34,635 nucleotides of DNA from Candidatus Micrarchaeota archaeon (GCA_043813365.1 JBDRLB010000044.1:1-34635), one strand, 5' to 3'. Positions 1 to 10,743 are shown, numbered from the stretch's first letter. The notes: generated by a model not told the origin, from the sequence alone. Program-made: numbers and translations.

Positions 1-1
1 C

Positions 2-187
2 TTCCTGTCCAGAAAGCCTTTGAATGCGCCGAAAACGAAAAGGGATACTATTGAATTGGCGATGAACGCGCTCAAAGAAAGGGTAACGAAATACACTACT
101 GGAGGGATGATGACTATTGAATGCGCCAGTGGGAGGAGAATGAGGAGTGCGGCAAATATTTTGAGGTTCATTTTTCCACCAGCATGA
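2..187 (+). CDS. Possible 3' end of a hypothetical protein truncated by the window edge
   Basis: Frame 2 is open from the window start to TGA at 185-187 (FLSRKPLNAPK...ILRFIFPPA*). No recognisable motif. Confidence 0.25.
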   Translation, partial: FLSRKPLNAPKTKRDTIELAMNALKERVTKYTTGGMMTIECASGRRMRSAANILRFIFPPA

Positions 188-944
188 GGAGTTTTGAATA
201 TAGCAGGTCGGCAGCGCTTGTTCCTTCGCCGCATGTGAACGAAAAGACGTATTTTTCCCCTTTCCTGATCTCCATGTAACCGTAATCGTATTTCGTGCAA
301 GATGAATCGGGTTGGGGGGAGGAGAATGGCGCATCTGTTACCAAGTCAATTGCCCTCCCATCAATGGAAAAAACGGCCGCATCGATGAGTTCACCTTCGG
401 CTGGCCCGAAATCCTCCCGGATTACTGTGCCGTCCTCGAAGAAATGGTAGTCGCGAGCGAGCCCGGCCTTGGAATAAACAAGCTGGATGAAAAAGGGAGT
501 TTGCATTTCCCCGGAAGAGTATGCGGCCTCCGCTTCGGCAAGAAGGTTTTCCATGAAGGTGGAGCCGCTGCCCTTTTCGATGTTGTAGCGGATGGTTTCC
601 TGGCCATCATGGTAGAAGAGGTGGTAAATAGCGCAGTTATTGCAGTTGATTGAATCCTGAGGCACTAGGGAGCCGTCCCATCTGGAAAACAATGCAGTTG
701 CTTTTTCCGGGGATGCTTTGGAGAGCGCAATTTTTGGAACGTCGGGGTAGGCGCCCTCCTTCCTGAAAATCAGCCCTTTGTCCGTTACGATGTACTCAAG
801 CGAGTAACTGCCTTCCTGGGAGGAAACGATTTCAATGTATGCGCCAGTGCTTGAAGGAAGGCGCTTTGGGGCTGTTGGCAGGAACGCGAGCACAATAAGA
901 AGCATCGAGATTGCGGCGAGCAGAACGATTGCCTTGATGTCCAT
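168..944 (-). CDS. Membrane-anchored or secreted hypothetical protein with two internally repeated domains
   Basis: Likely start MDIKAIVLLAAISMLLIVLAF (ATG at 944, hydrophobic anchor). Two similar halves (YIEIVSSQEG..IVTDKGLIFRKE / FIQLVYSKAG..HFFEDGTVIRED), each with Cys residues. Confidence 0.75.
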   Translation of the reverse strand: MDIKAIVLLAAISMLLIVLAFLPTAPKRLPSSTGAYIEIVSSQEGSYSLEYIVTDKGLIFRKEGAYPDVPKIALSKASPEKATALFSRWDGSLVPQDSINCNNCAIYHLFYHDGQETIRYNIEKGSGSTFMENLLAEAEAAYSSGEMQTPFFIQLVYSKAGLARDYHFFEDGTVIREDFGPAEGELIDAAVFSIDGRAIDLVTDAPFSSPQPDSSCTKYDYGYMEIRKGEKYVFSFTCGEGTSAADLLYSKLLMLVEK

Positions 945-1048
945 ATGGAATGAGTAGCACTTCGGCTTATTAAAAAATGCGCATTTGTAAAGGACGGGCT
1001 GAATCGGCGAATTTAAATAATAAGAGCGCGTTTTCCATTCCGATGGGG

Positions 1049-1954
1049 ATGAAAAAGGCGGTTGTGCTGGTGATGGCGCTGGTGCTCCTGGTTTCCGGGG
1101 CGAATGATACGCCGGTTGCACCGCAGGTTAATGCCACGATGGGCCATTTGGATATAAGCTCCATTCCGGCAGGGGCGGACATTTCATATTTGAGGGATGG
1201 GAATGGCACTCGGGCCGGGAAAACGCCCGCGAATATCGAAATTGATGAGGGGTATGTTGAAATAGTGCTGAAGAAGCAGGGGTATAAGGAGTACAGGAAG
1301 CTGATTTACATTTACGGAGGAATGACGCAGGATGTGGTGGCGGAGCTGGAAATGATGCCTTCGCCTACACCGATTGTAAGCCTTCCGGCCCCTACGCCGG
1401 TTGATTATTCGTGCAATTACACGTCGATGAGGGACAGGGTGAAATGCCGGCTCATGCTGACTGATGAGGAGAAGGCAAGGGGATTGCCGCCTATTCCGGA
1501 GGAATGCCGCATAAAGGAAGGGATTGAATTCGGGGAATGCGTCAGCAATTACGCGAAATTGAAAATCTGCTTAAGCATGGGAACGGATTCAGAAAGGGAA
1601 ATGTGCGCAAGGGGCTACCTCGGGCTGAAGGAGAAGGCAGCTGATGGGAAGGCGGATTGCAACAGGTTCGGGGAGAGTGAAAGGACGGGGTGCGCGAGCG
1701 AATTGAGGAAGCGCACGCATGCGCTCATTGTTTTCAGGCTGAATGTGCTGGGGGAGAAGGCGGAAAAACTCGTCAAGTTCGGCGTAAACATGGACAGGGC
1801 CGGCGAATTCATCTATAATCTGGAATTGAAGAAGCTGGAGTTCGGGCAGGCGAGGAATTTGGAGAGGAGGAAGCAGGTGATCTGGGAAGTGAAGAAATTA
1901 TGGGGGGATTTCAAGAGGGATGCGGTTGCGCAGCTGATGGAAAAGAAGGTGTAA
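1049..1954 (+). CDS. Secreted PEGA-domain protein with Cys-paired helical C-terminal region
   Basis: Signal peptide MKKAVVLVMALVLLVSGA; PEGA pattern GHLDISSIPAGADI...GKTP...GYVEIVLKKQGYKEY; P/T linker; four C-x10/11-C units. Confidence 0.8.
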   Translation: MKKAVVLVMALVLLVSGANDTPVAPQVNATMGHLDISSIPAGADISYLRDGNGTRAGKTPANIEIDEGYVEIVLKKQGYKEYRKLIYIYGGMTQDVVAELEMMPSPTPIVSLPAPTPVDYSCNYTSMRDRVKCRLMLTDEEKARGLPPIPEECRIKEGIEFGECVSNYAKLKICLSMGTDSEREMCARGYLGLKEKAADGKADCNRFGESERTGCASELRKRTHALIVFRLNVLGEKAEKLVKFGVNMDRAGEFIYNLELKKLEFGQARNLERRKQVIWEVKKLWGDFKRDAVAQLMEKKV

Positions 1955-1958
1955 TCGT

Positions 1959-2165
1959 ATGGAAATGAAGGCGGTGCTGCTGCTGATGCTGGTGATATTG
2001 GCAGTAGGATGCACCGAGGAGACGGTGGGGAAGAAGGGAATACCCAGCCCGAGCACCCAGCAACAGGCGCTTAACGCATCTGCCGGGCCGGGCAATTACC
2101 TTCCGGAGGATTTGATGACGGATCAGCTTGACAAGTCAATAGAGGAGCTGGAGATCATCGGGTAG
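1959..2165 (+). CDS. Small putative lipoprotein
   Basis: Hydrophobic N-terminus ending in the lipobox-like LAVGC; starts 4 nt after the upstream stop. Confidence 0.7.
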   Translation: MEMKAVLLLMLVILAVGCTEETVGKKGIPSPSTQQQALNASAGPGNYLPEDLMTDQLDKSIEELEIIG

Positions 2166-2286
2166 CCGCACGGATACAGGCAAGCAGTGGATGTTTTCGA
2201 ATCGGGAATTCCGGCATTAAAGCATATCTTAAAAACCTTGCTTTCGTAAGTTTGGTCTAGTTTTTGCAGTGTCAATAGGGGGGAGC

Positions 2287-3558
2287 ATGGAAGAGACGTA
2301 CGATGTTGTGATTGTTGGCGGAGGCCCAGGAGGGTCGACTTGCGCGGCGTTTTTGGGGAAGATGAAGCATAAAGTGCTGCTTCTTGATAAGGCCAAATTT
2401 CCAAGGGACAAGACGTGCGGGGACGCGATTTCAGGCAAGAGCCGCGGGGTGCTTCGGGATCTTGGAATCGTGGATATTGTCGAAGAGGCGCCCCACATGA
2501 AGGTGTTCGGGGTCGCGTTCAGCTCCCCCGATGGCACGTATGTGGATATACCCATCCCGCAGGAAAAGGGGATGGATTACGGCTATACTTGCAGGAGGTT
2601 TGTTTATGACAACCTGCTATTCCAATATGCCAAAAAATTTTCTACTGTAAAGGAGGAGACCGAAGTTACGGATGTGATCAAGGAGGGGGAGAAAGTTGTA
2701 GGCGTCAAGGCCATGGATAAGAAAACGGGGGAGGAGCATGTTTACAAGGCGAAAATCGTCGTCGGGTCGGACGGCGCGAATTCTGTTGTTGCAAGGAAGC
2801 TCGGGCTGGGAGAGGCAAAGCCGGAACACATTTGCGCGGGGGTAAGGGGTTACTTCAAGGGCGTAACAAACCTGACGAAGAGCATCGAATTGCATTTTGT
2901 AGATTCCATGATCCCGGGCTATTTTTGGATATTCCCGTTGGAGGACGGGCTTGCAAATGTCGGCGCGGGGATGCTCGCTTCGGACATGCAGGCAAGGCAC
3001 GTCAATTTGAAGGAGGAAACATTGAGAGTGATCAGGGAGAACCCGATTTTCAAGGAGAGGTTCGCAAATGCAAAGCAGATGGGATATGATGCAAATGGGC
3101 AGCTTGTGGAGGTCGAGGACGGGATCAGGGGATGGAACCTTCCGTTGGGATCGGTGCATCGCAAACTGGCGGGAAACGGATTCGTCCTGACAGGGGATCC
3201 CGGAAGCCTGATTGACCCGTTTTCTGGCGAGGGAATAGGGAATGCGATGACGTCCGCGAAGCTTGCTTCTGCAACTATTCACAAGGCCATTGAGGCGAAT
3301 GATTTTTCCGAAAAAATGCTTTCCGAATATGAGACGAACCTTTACAACTTATTGTGGTACGAGCTGAACAACAGCTGGAAGATGCAGAAGCGCGGAAGGA
3401 ACAAGCGGCTGATCAATTGGGTGCTGAAGAAGGCTGCGAAGAGCAAGGAGATGAGGGAAATCATAAGCGCGTCCCTCATTGACCAGCATGCAAGGCAGGG
3501 GTTCGGGTCACCGCTGTTCTACCTCAAAATCCTGTTCACGCCTCCGATAATACCATGA
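2287..3558 (+). CDS. Geranylgeranyl reductase family FAD-dependent oxidoreductase
   Basis: DVVIVGGGPGGS FAD-binding motif, FPRDKTCGDAI, GSDGANS, GYFWIFP, GD...IDPFSGEGIGNAM. Confidence 0.92.
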   Translation: MEETYDVVIVGGGPGGSTCAAFLGKMKHKVLLLDKAKFPRDKTCGDAISGKSRGVLRDLGIVDIVEEAPHMKVFGVAFSSPDGTYVDIPIPQEKGMDYGYTCRRFVYDNLLFQYAKKFSTVKEETEVTDVIKEGEKVVGVKAMDKKTGEEHVYKAKIVVGSDGANSVVARKLGLGEAKPEHICAGVRGYFKGVTNLTKSIELHFVDSMIPGYFWIFPLEDGLANVGAGMLASDMQARHVNLKEETLRVIRENPIFKERFANAKQMGYDANGQLVEVEDGIRGWNLPLGSVHRKLAGNGFVLTGDPGSLIDPFSGEGIGNAMTSAKLASATIHKAIEANDFSEKMLSEYETNLYNLLWYELNNSWKMQKRGRNKRLINWVLKKAAKSKEMREIISASLIDQHARQGFGSPLFYLKILFTPPIIP

Positions 3559-3634
3559 ATGGGGATTTTTTCAAATGCATAGCTGAAGCGATATGAGTTG
3601 AAAGCGGACTATCCCATTCTCGGATTCGCACAAT

Positions 3635-4279
3635 TCAGGCAAGCGGAAGGTTCCGGATCAGGTCGTCGGTTGATTTTATGTGCACTCCCGAAGCCTGCAT
3701 CTGCCTGATGGAAATTTCGCTGTCGGCTGGCTTCACGTTGAACGATTTCGAGGCATCAATCACAAGGTAAACGTCAATGCCCATTTTTCGCATTTCCAGA
3801 GCGGCCGACCTTACGGCATAGTCGGTGGAGATCCCATAGAGCACCACTTTCTTCACTTTCAATAGTTTGAGCAATTTGGAGGTATTGGGGTTGCTGAATG
3901 CGCTGAACCTCTGCTTCTCGATGACGATTTCGGGTTTTTTTGAAAAGGAGTTCAATTTTGCGGCTGAGTACGGCTTATTCTCTATAATTGCGGCCTTTCT
4001 TGGAGAGGTTTCCTTCACCTTCTTCTGGCCGGGGGTGCCGTCCATGCAGTGCATCGGGAAGGGCCCTCCCCAGGTGGAAAGCTCGGTCATTTCCAAATCG
4101 TGGAATTTTGCGGAACCAAAATGCCTGTCCATGGATGAGATTATCTTGATTTTCCTTTTGCGGGCATACTGCGTGAGCCTTGCGAGGTTAATCCGGATAT
4201 TTTCCGCATTCGGGACCGGGAATTTGCCAGTTGAGAGTATGAAATCGTTCTGCGTGTCCGAGTCGAAGAATACAAGCAT
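3635..4279 (-). CDS. Isochorismatase/nicotinamidase family protein (catalytic Cys replaced by Ala)
   Basis: DTQNDF, D-x-H (MDRH), PMHCMDGTPG, EKQRFSAF; GISTDYAV where PncA has GxATDYCV. Confidence 0.85.
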   Translation of the reverse strand: MLVFFDSDTQNDFILSTGKFPVPNAENIRINLARLTQYARKRKIKIISSMDRHFGSAKFHDLEMTELSTWGGPFPMHCMDGTPGQKKVKETSPRKAAIIENKPYSAAKLNSFSKKPEIVIEKQRFSAFSNPNTSKLLKLLKVKKVVLYGISTDYAVRSAALEMRKMGIDVYLVIDASKSFNVKPADSEISIRQMQASGVHIKSTDDLIRNLPLA

Positions 4280-4433
4280 GCGACCACCTAGCCCTCTGGA
4301 ATGAAAGACAAGAAGAATATGATTAGCTTCTTCTTACTTATATAGTTATCTGCTTTTTCAAACGGGTTTAAAAAAGGCGTTAAAGCGGCCCCTCCCCCAA
4401 ATGGTTATAAACCGGATTTTCCATCTGAATAGC

Positions 4434-4688
4434 ATGGGCTGGATCGAGAACACCCTCCAAAACCTGTTGAAGGACCTCGGCACAAGCATCCGCAAGTTTA
4501 CGGCGTTCATTTTCCTCGTATTCACAGTAGGAATCATTGCGGGAAGGCACATTATTGAGAGGGGCGACCCTTCGTTGTTGCAGCTTTCGCTTGCAGTGCC
4601 GCTGATGCTGGCACTGATGTCGTACTTATTTGTGGAGATTGCGGTCGTGTTCTTCGTGCTATTCCTTATTGTGATAATGTTCCTGTGA
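4434..4688 (+). CDS. Small membrane protein, 2-3 TM helices
   Basis: Hydrophobic segments; TTATAAA box near 4405 upstream of the ATG at 4434. Confidence 0.7.
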   Translation: MGWIENTLQNLLKDLGTSIRKFTAFIFLVFTVGIIAGRHIIERGDPSLLQLSLAVPLMLALMSYLFVEIAVVFFVLFLIVIMFL

Positions 4689-4727
4689 GAGAGGGCACCT
4701 GAAAAGCGAAGCCGCAATGTTCCCCTT

Positions 4728-5780
<1,053 letters not shown>

Positions 5781-5875
5781 TTAAAAAAATGATCTAAAAG
5801 GGGGAATTGCCATGGAAGGGCGGGAAAAATGCCGGAGGGGGAAAATATATATTTTTGAAAGCGCATCAGCTAACC

Positions 5876-5983
5876 ATGGCAATCCTCCTGGAAGCAAACG
5901 ACTTCGGCGCAGTTGCGATTTTCATATTCGTGCTGGTGCTGATCAAGGCGCTTGAGCATTGGGGAATTGTGAACCTGGGCTGA
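5876..5983 (+). CDS. 35-aa single-pass membrane microprotein (not in ORF track)
   Basis: MAILLEANDFGAVAIFIFVLVLIKALEHWGIVNLG*, preceded by an AT-rich TATA-like tract near 5842-5856; fills an otherwise empty intergenic space. Confidence 0.55.
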   Translation: MAILLEANDFGAVAIFIFVLVLIKALEHWGIVNLG

Positions 5984-6022
5984 TTTTTCGGAAGGGATGG
6001 CTCGGGATCCTTTCTGCTCGCA

Positions 6023-6886
6023 TCAACACGTAACCAAATAATCAAGCATGTTCGTGATCAGGGATTTAGTGCCGGATTCCTCGAGCGGGAACGCAACGTA
6101 TGCAACCGGGCCGGAGAACCTGCTAGCAATGATCGCGGGGCACGGTTTCTTCTCGGTGCAGCTTTCTGTTCCATAAGCGTATGCGAGAATCGAGGAGCTG
6201 GGGGAATTGGGGTTGACAATGGAAAGCTCGGTAGCTGGAATCTGGAATTCGGTCTTAAGCCCCTTGGTGAAAGGATGGTCCTTGGAGATGATTTTTATCG
6301 TCAGGTTCTTTCCGGTTTCCGATTTTTCATAGTTCAGCTTCAGGAAGCTCTCTATTGTGGGGCCGAAACCCCGGGTGTCATTTACAGCCTTGACCACCCT
6401 CTCATAGTAGCCCGGAGAGGTCATGTTGTGCCTCAAGGCGTCTTGGATGTCCGCATCGGAGAGGTAGCGTTCAGAACCGGAATCGCCTATCCAAAGTATG
6501 CCTCCGCCCGAGGAGGCATATTCGTACAGCGCATTTACTTGCAGCGGGGTCATGCGCTTCGCTCCCTCAACAATAATAAGCTCGTAATTCTTCAGCACCC
6601 CGGAGCTTATCCCGTTGATGGGGATTGCCTCCGCGAAGGTGTACAGCCGGTTCTTGCGGATTTCGTTGGAAAGCGCAAGCGAATCGCCGATGCCGCCCTC
6701 CCCTTGGATGTATGCGATCCTCGGGTTGCCGGAAACTGAGCAATAAAGGGAGCACCAGTCGCCGGGCACTTGGGTGCATTGCATCCACTTGAATTTAGTG
6801 AGGACGAACAGAAGTATGAACACGAGGATTGCCATCACGATGATGTGGGGGATTTCCCTCTTGAAATCGTCAGCCATCGTACTCAT
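6023..6886 (-). CDS. Membrane-anchored hypothetical protein with class I glutamine-amidotransferase-like (ThuA/DUF4350-like) fold
   Basis: N-terminal TM helix; LKNYELIIV...LYEYASSGGGILWIG; DHPFTKGL. Start at 6886 or 6877. Confidence 0.7.
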   Translation of the reverse strand: MSTMADDFKREIPHIIVMAILVFILLFVLTKFKWMQCTQVPGDWCSLYCSVSGNPRIAYIQGEGGIGDSLALSNEIRKNRLYTFAEAIPINGISSGVLKNYELIIVEGAKRMTPLQVNALYEYASSGGGILWIGDSGSERYLSDADIQDALRHNMTSPGYYERVVKAVNDTRGFGPTIESFLKLNYEKSETGKNLTIKIISKDHPFTKGLKTEFQIPATELSIVNPNSPSSSILAYAYGTESCTEKKPCPAIIASRFSGPVAYVAFPLEESGTKSLITNMLDYLVTC

Positions 6887-6966
6887 AATGAAGCGCCTGT
6901 TAAACCTAACCATTTTAAATCATTACAATCTATTTAAATCTTCTATTCGAGGAGGTAGTACCAATT

Positions 6967-7128
6967 ATGTCAGAAGACCACAAAATTTCAACACCGAGCA
7001 GCTCTACCGGAATCATCCGGTTCTATGACATCAAGAGCTCGAACATACAAATCGAGCCGCAGCTCGTGATAGCTGGCGTAATCGCGTTCGTATTGCTGAT
7101 CTTGATCGTGCAAACGTTCAAATTCTAA
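6967..7128 (+). CDS. secG: Preprotein translocase subunit Sec61beta (not in ORF track)
   Basis: MSEDHKISTPSSSTGIIRFYDIKSSNIQIEPQLVIAGVIAFVLLILIVQTFKF*: the G(L/I)(I/V)RFY..I.P + TM pattern of Sec61beta. GGAGGT RBS upstream; next to thioredoxin. Confidence 0.9.
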   Translation: MSEDHKISTPSSSTGIIRFYDIKSSNIQIEPQLVIAGVIAFVLLILIVQTFKF

Positions 7129-7155
7129 TGTTATTACACACAGGGTGAAAGGGAT

Positions 7156-7473
7156 ATGGCAGTAGTGCATCTCAACAATGGCAATTTTGGGAAGGAAGTG
7201 CTGGAAAGCAAGGTGCCTGTGATAGTTGATTTCTGGGCAAGCTGGTGCATGCCCTGCAGGATAATGGCGCCGAGGTTCGAGGAGCTCAGCGGGGAGATGA
7301 AGGAAGTGAAATTCGCGAAACTCAGCACGGAGGAGGCGCCTGAAACCGCACAGCAGTTTGAGGTAATGAGCATTCCCACATTAATACTTTTCAAGGGCGG
7401 GAAGGAAGTTGACAGGATGGTCGGGGCGCTTCCCAAAGAATACCTCCAGGCATGGCTGAAGAAGCACATCTGA
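7156..7473 (+). CDS. trxA: Thioredoxin
   Basis: VDFWASWCMPCR, VMSIPTLILFKGG; GGTGA RBS. Confidence 0.96.
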   Translation: MAVVHLNNGNFGKEVLESKVPVIVDFWASWCMPCRIMAPRFEELSGEMKEVKFAKLSTEEAPETAQQFEVMSIPTLILFKGGKEVDRMVGALPKEYLQAWLKKHI

Positions 7474-7483
7474 TTGTGGAATC

Positions 7484-8596
7484 CTATCTTTTCTTCTCCG
7501 CCATCGCTTTCCTGACGCGTTCCCTCGCTATTTGAAGCGCTGCTTCGCGGTGGGTTATTTTCATCTCCTTAGCATGCTTAAGCACCGTAAGCGTGTTCCT
7601 CCGTATTTTCTCCTCGACTATTTTGAACATCGATTCGGGAGAGCCGTTGATGGTTTCAACGTATGAGCTTATTACTCCGCCGGCATTCGCAACGAAATCC
7701 GGTATTACGCGGATACCCCTCTTCTCCAATTCGGCCTCCACCTTTTCCGGCATGGGTATGTTTGCAGCCTCCACAATTAACTTTGCACGGACCGCATCCT
7801 TGTTTGAATCGTTGATCACGTCGGGGCGCGCACCGGGGATCAGAACGTCTACAGGCAAACCGAAAAGCTCCTCGCCCTTCAGCACCTTGCCGGGCTTGTA
7901 GTTGATTACGGAGCCGGTTTTCTGCTTCACGGACTCAAGCACTTTCACATCAAGGCCCATCTCATTGTAGACGGTGCCCTTCGAATCCGAAACGGCAACG
8001 ATTTTCACGCCTTTTTCAGAAAGGAACTTCGCGGTGAATACGCCCACATTCCCATAGCCCTCAATTGCAACTTTCGTCTTCTCGTTTTCCATGCCGAAAA
8101 AATCAAGCGCCACCAGCGTGGAATGCGCAACCCCGAACCCGGTGCTTCCGAGCTCGTGCGGCAGCCCTCCCATTGATGCGGGTTTTCCGGTTGCGGCCTT
8201 ATTGGTGCCTACTGCTTCCGCGAATGCCTTCATTTCCGTTTCAGTTGTATTCATGTCCGGGCCTGCGATGTATTTCCCCGGTATCAAGGGCCGGAGCTTC
8301 TCCCCGAATGCCGCCAGGTAAGCCGCCTTGTCGATTTTCCTTGGGTCCGCACGGATGCCCGCTTTCGCACCCCCGAAGGGGATGTCGGCGAGCGCGTTCT
8401 TCCAAGTCATTGCACGCGCTAATCTGTAAACCTCCTGCACAGTCACGTCGGGAACCAGCCGGATGCCGCCCTTGCCGGGCCCCCTTGCAGTATTGTCGAT
8501 TACCAAGACGCCCTCCATTCCGGTTTTGGGGTCATATACATTCAGGACGTATTCAGGCCCGAATTCATCGGCCTGGATTTTTTCGGAAGACAGCAT
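7484..8596 (-). CDS. gdhA: Glu/Leu/Phe/Val dehydrogenase, most likely glutamate dehydrogenase
   Basis: GPGKGGIR, MTWKNAL, GGAKAG, GPDMNT, EGYGNVG, EAANIP, PDFVANAGGV. Confidence 0.88.
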   Translation of the reverse strand: MLSSEKIQADEFGPEYVLNVYDPKTGMEGVLVIDNTARGPGKGGIRLVPDVTVQEVYRLARAMTWKNALADIPFGGAKAGIRADPRKIDKAAYLAAFGEKLRPLIPGKYIAGPDMNTTETEMKAFAEAVGTNKAATGKPASMGGLPHELGSTGFGVAHSTLVALDFFGMENEKTKVAIEGYGNVGVFTAKFLSEKGVKIVAVSDSKGTVYNEMGLDVKVLESVKQKTGSVINYKPGKVLKGEELFGLPVDVLIPGARPDVINDSNKDAVRAKLIVEAANIPMPEKVEAELEKRGIRVIPDFVANAGGVISSYVETINGSPESMFKIVEEKIRRNTLTVLKHAKEMKITHREAALQIARERVRKAMAEKKR

Positions 8597-8693
8597 GCGA
8601 ACACCTCTTGATTTTGTATTGATTGCACGGTTTGGTTTAAATTAATATCTGCAATCTGGGGAAAAGGAAAATGGCGATGGCCCAAAAGGGAAT

Positions 8694-9806
8694 TTACCTG
8701 TATTTCGATAATATTTTCGAGGCTTTCTTTACGTCCTCCTTTGCAACTGCAACGAGCACCCCGGAGGCTTTGCGTTGCATTGCAACTGCCTTGGAAATCT
8801 GGGACACTTCCGAAAACTCCGCCTCCTTCCCGCCCTCGAGAATTACCGGCATGTCGATTGCACCCATGGATTGCTCCGGTGCGCATATGACGAACTCGGA
8901 ACCGCCGAATCCCCCCAGCATGGCAGAATTTATTTCCTTCTCCAGCTTCGCCTCGTTGGTGATTTCAAAGTTGGGTTTCTCAAATGCCGTTTTGTAGAGG
9001 TCGCGGTTGATCACCTTTTCAATCAGGGGAGAATCGCGCAGCTTGTAAAGCACTACGTCGTCCATCCCTTCCGCAAGCTCCGGCACCTGCAGCATTTTTT
9101 CATGCAGGGCGATCTCCAGCCCCTTGTTCAGCATCGCGGCTGCAATCCGGACCGCGTGGTGGTTGTAAACGGCATTGAACATCAAATAACGCGAAACGAG
9201 GAGCGATTCGGCTGCAAGGATGCCCTTTTCCTCGAGTGCAAGCCGGCCGTTTTCATATGTGAGGGAGAGAAGGAGGCGCTGCGCATCGACAACCGAATAT
9301 GCTACACCGGTGAAATACGCGTCCCGCAAAAGGTAATCCATCCGGTCGGTGCCGAGCTCCGAGGAGATTATTTTCGCCTTGCTGCCTTTCATGAATTTTG
9401 CGAGTTTTTTTGGGGAAATTTGGTGCTTTTCCAGAATTTGCGCGATATTGCCGGAAAGGATTTTCTCCTCGCCCATTTTCTCGTGCGATTTGCCCGTGAC
9501 TTTCCTGATGAGCTCCTCCGGAAGGTGCGAAAATGCGGAATGCCCCACATCATGGAGCAGCGCTGCGAGCCGGAGGAGCTGCTTTTCCTCCTTATCACGG
9601 AAGAGCCGCTCGGAAAGCAGCTTGGTGAGATGCATGGTGCCGAGCGAATGCTCAAAGCGCGTGTGCAATGCGGAGGGGTAAACAAGGTAGGCGAGGGAGA
9701 GCTGCCTTACATAACGGAGGCGCTGCAATTCGGGAGTGTCGATGATGGCAATTTCAAGCGGGGTTAGCTCGATGTTGCCGTGGATGGAATCCCGTATCAC
9801 TTTCAT
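8694..9806 (-). CDS. HD-domain phosphohydrolase (SAMHD1/dGTPase-like)
   Basis: IRDSIHG, LQRLRYVRQL, HTRFEHSLG, LLHDVGHSAFSH, DRMDYLLRD. ATG at 9806 (GTG at 9815 also possible). Confidence 0.92.
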   Translation of the reverse strand: MKVIRDSIHGNIELTPLEIAIIDTPELQRLRYVRQLSLAYLVYPSALHTRFEHSLGTMHLTKLLSERLFRDKEEKQLLRLAALLHDVGHSAFSHLPEELIRKVTGKSHEKMGEEKILSGNIAQILEKHQISPKKLAKFMKGSKAKIISSELGTDRMDYLLRDAYFTGVAYSVVDAQRLLLSLTYENGRLALEEKGILAAESLLVSRYLMFNAVYNHHAVRIAAAMLNKGLEIALHEKMLQVPELAEGMDDVVLYKLRDSPLIEKVINRDLYKTAFEKPNFEITNEAKLEKEINSAMLGGFGGSEFVICAPEQSMGAIDMPVILEGGKEAEFSEVSQISKAVAMQRKASGVLVAVAKEDVKKASKILSKYR

Positions 9807-9811
9807 GCGAA

Positions 9812-10090
9812 TCACTTCAAAAGGATCGCCTGCTCACGCGCAAGCGCGTTTGCGAGTATTTCATCGCGGTTGCCCCATTCGATAAGGATCTGGGCGGTTA
9901 TCTGCTTGAGTGAAAGCTGATCTTTCAGGCCTTCGGCTTCTGCCACCAGTTTTTTCAGGTGGGTATCGAATTCGGCGGCTAGCTTTTCCCTCTCCAATGC
10001 AATGAGGAACGTGATGCTGTCCTCGGGCTGGAGCTCCGAAAGCAGGTGCGCCTTGAAGCCCGTGTTTTCAGCTGTGATGAGATAGTTCAT
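9812..10090 (-). CDS. Hypothetical protein, possibly a minimal universal-stress-protein-like fold
   Basis: Operonic with the HD gene; beta-alpha pattern with IEWGNRDEILANA resembling Usp. Confidence 0.6.
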   Translation of the reverse strand: MNYLITAENTGFKAHLLSELQPEDSITFLIALEREKLAAEFDTHLKKLVAEAEGLKDQLSLKQITAQILIEWGNRDEILANALAREQAILLK

Positions 10091-10161
10091 AATAAATCCC
10101 CTAAAAGGAATGATGATCAGGCTAGCAAAATTTAAATGCCGGTTCCTTCAGCCAAAATGGG

Positions 10162-10743
10162 TCACTTTACCGCTTTGAAGACGCCCCGCCGCTTCTCGAT
10201 GAGCTCCCCTTGTTCTTTCAGGAGCATGAGGCATGCAAGGCAGCCGCTCTCATCCATTTTCGAAGCGAGGGCAATGTCCTTGAGGGGCATCTCCCTTGCA
10301 CCGATGAGCTTCATCAGTTTCGATGCATTCTCGCGGAAGTATTTTGCGGAGACGATGTAGAATTTCTTGTCGAAGCCGCGGACTCCAATGACGTCGTTGG
10401 TTTTGATTTCCTTCTCGAACAGCTTGGAAATCCGGCGCGCCTCCTCCTCTGAAGAAATCACCGCGAACCCCCCTGAGGAGATTAGCTTTTCGGGCTCCGC
10501 ATCATCCCTTATTTCGGGCTCGTGCTTTTGTTCAGACGGCTGTTCGGCTTTCCCTTTCAATAATTCCGCCCAGGCGCTTTTCTTTGTAAGCTCCTCCAGA
10601 TTCTTTTTTGAAATCAGTATGAACGTCCCCTTTTCCGCCTCGAAGAACTCGTACTCCTCCTCTTCCTTCACTTCGGAACTCTTCCTGATCTTTTCCGGGA
10701 GAACAATTGCGATGGAACTGTCTCCGTGTCTGAAGAACCTCAT
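10162..10743 (-). CDS. Putative DNA-binding protein: AbrB/SpoVT-like N-terminus plus winged-helix C-terminus
   Basis: GDSSIAIVLPEKIRK...YEFFE at the N-terminus; LKDIALASKM...LMLLKEQGELIEKRRGVF at the C-terminus. Confidence 0.7.
   Translation of the reverse strand: MRFFRHGDSSIAIVLPEKIRKSSEVKEEEEYEFFEAEKGTFILISKKNLEELTKKSAWAELLKGKAEQPSEQKHEPEIRDDAEPEKLISSGGFAVISSEEEARRISKLFEKEIKTNDVIGVRGFDKKFYIVSAKYFRENASKLMKLIGAREMPLKDIALASKMDESGCLACLMLLKEQGELIEKRRGVFKAVK

Noticed and set aside
8775..9767. 330-aa antisense ORF (and similar shadow ORFs such as 27612-28301 and 2617-3282)
   Set aside because: They lie opposite well-supported genes and show no protein motifs.
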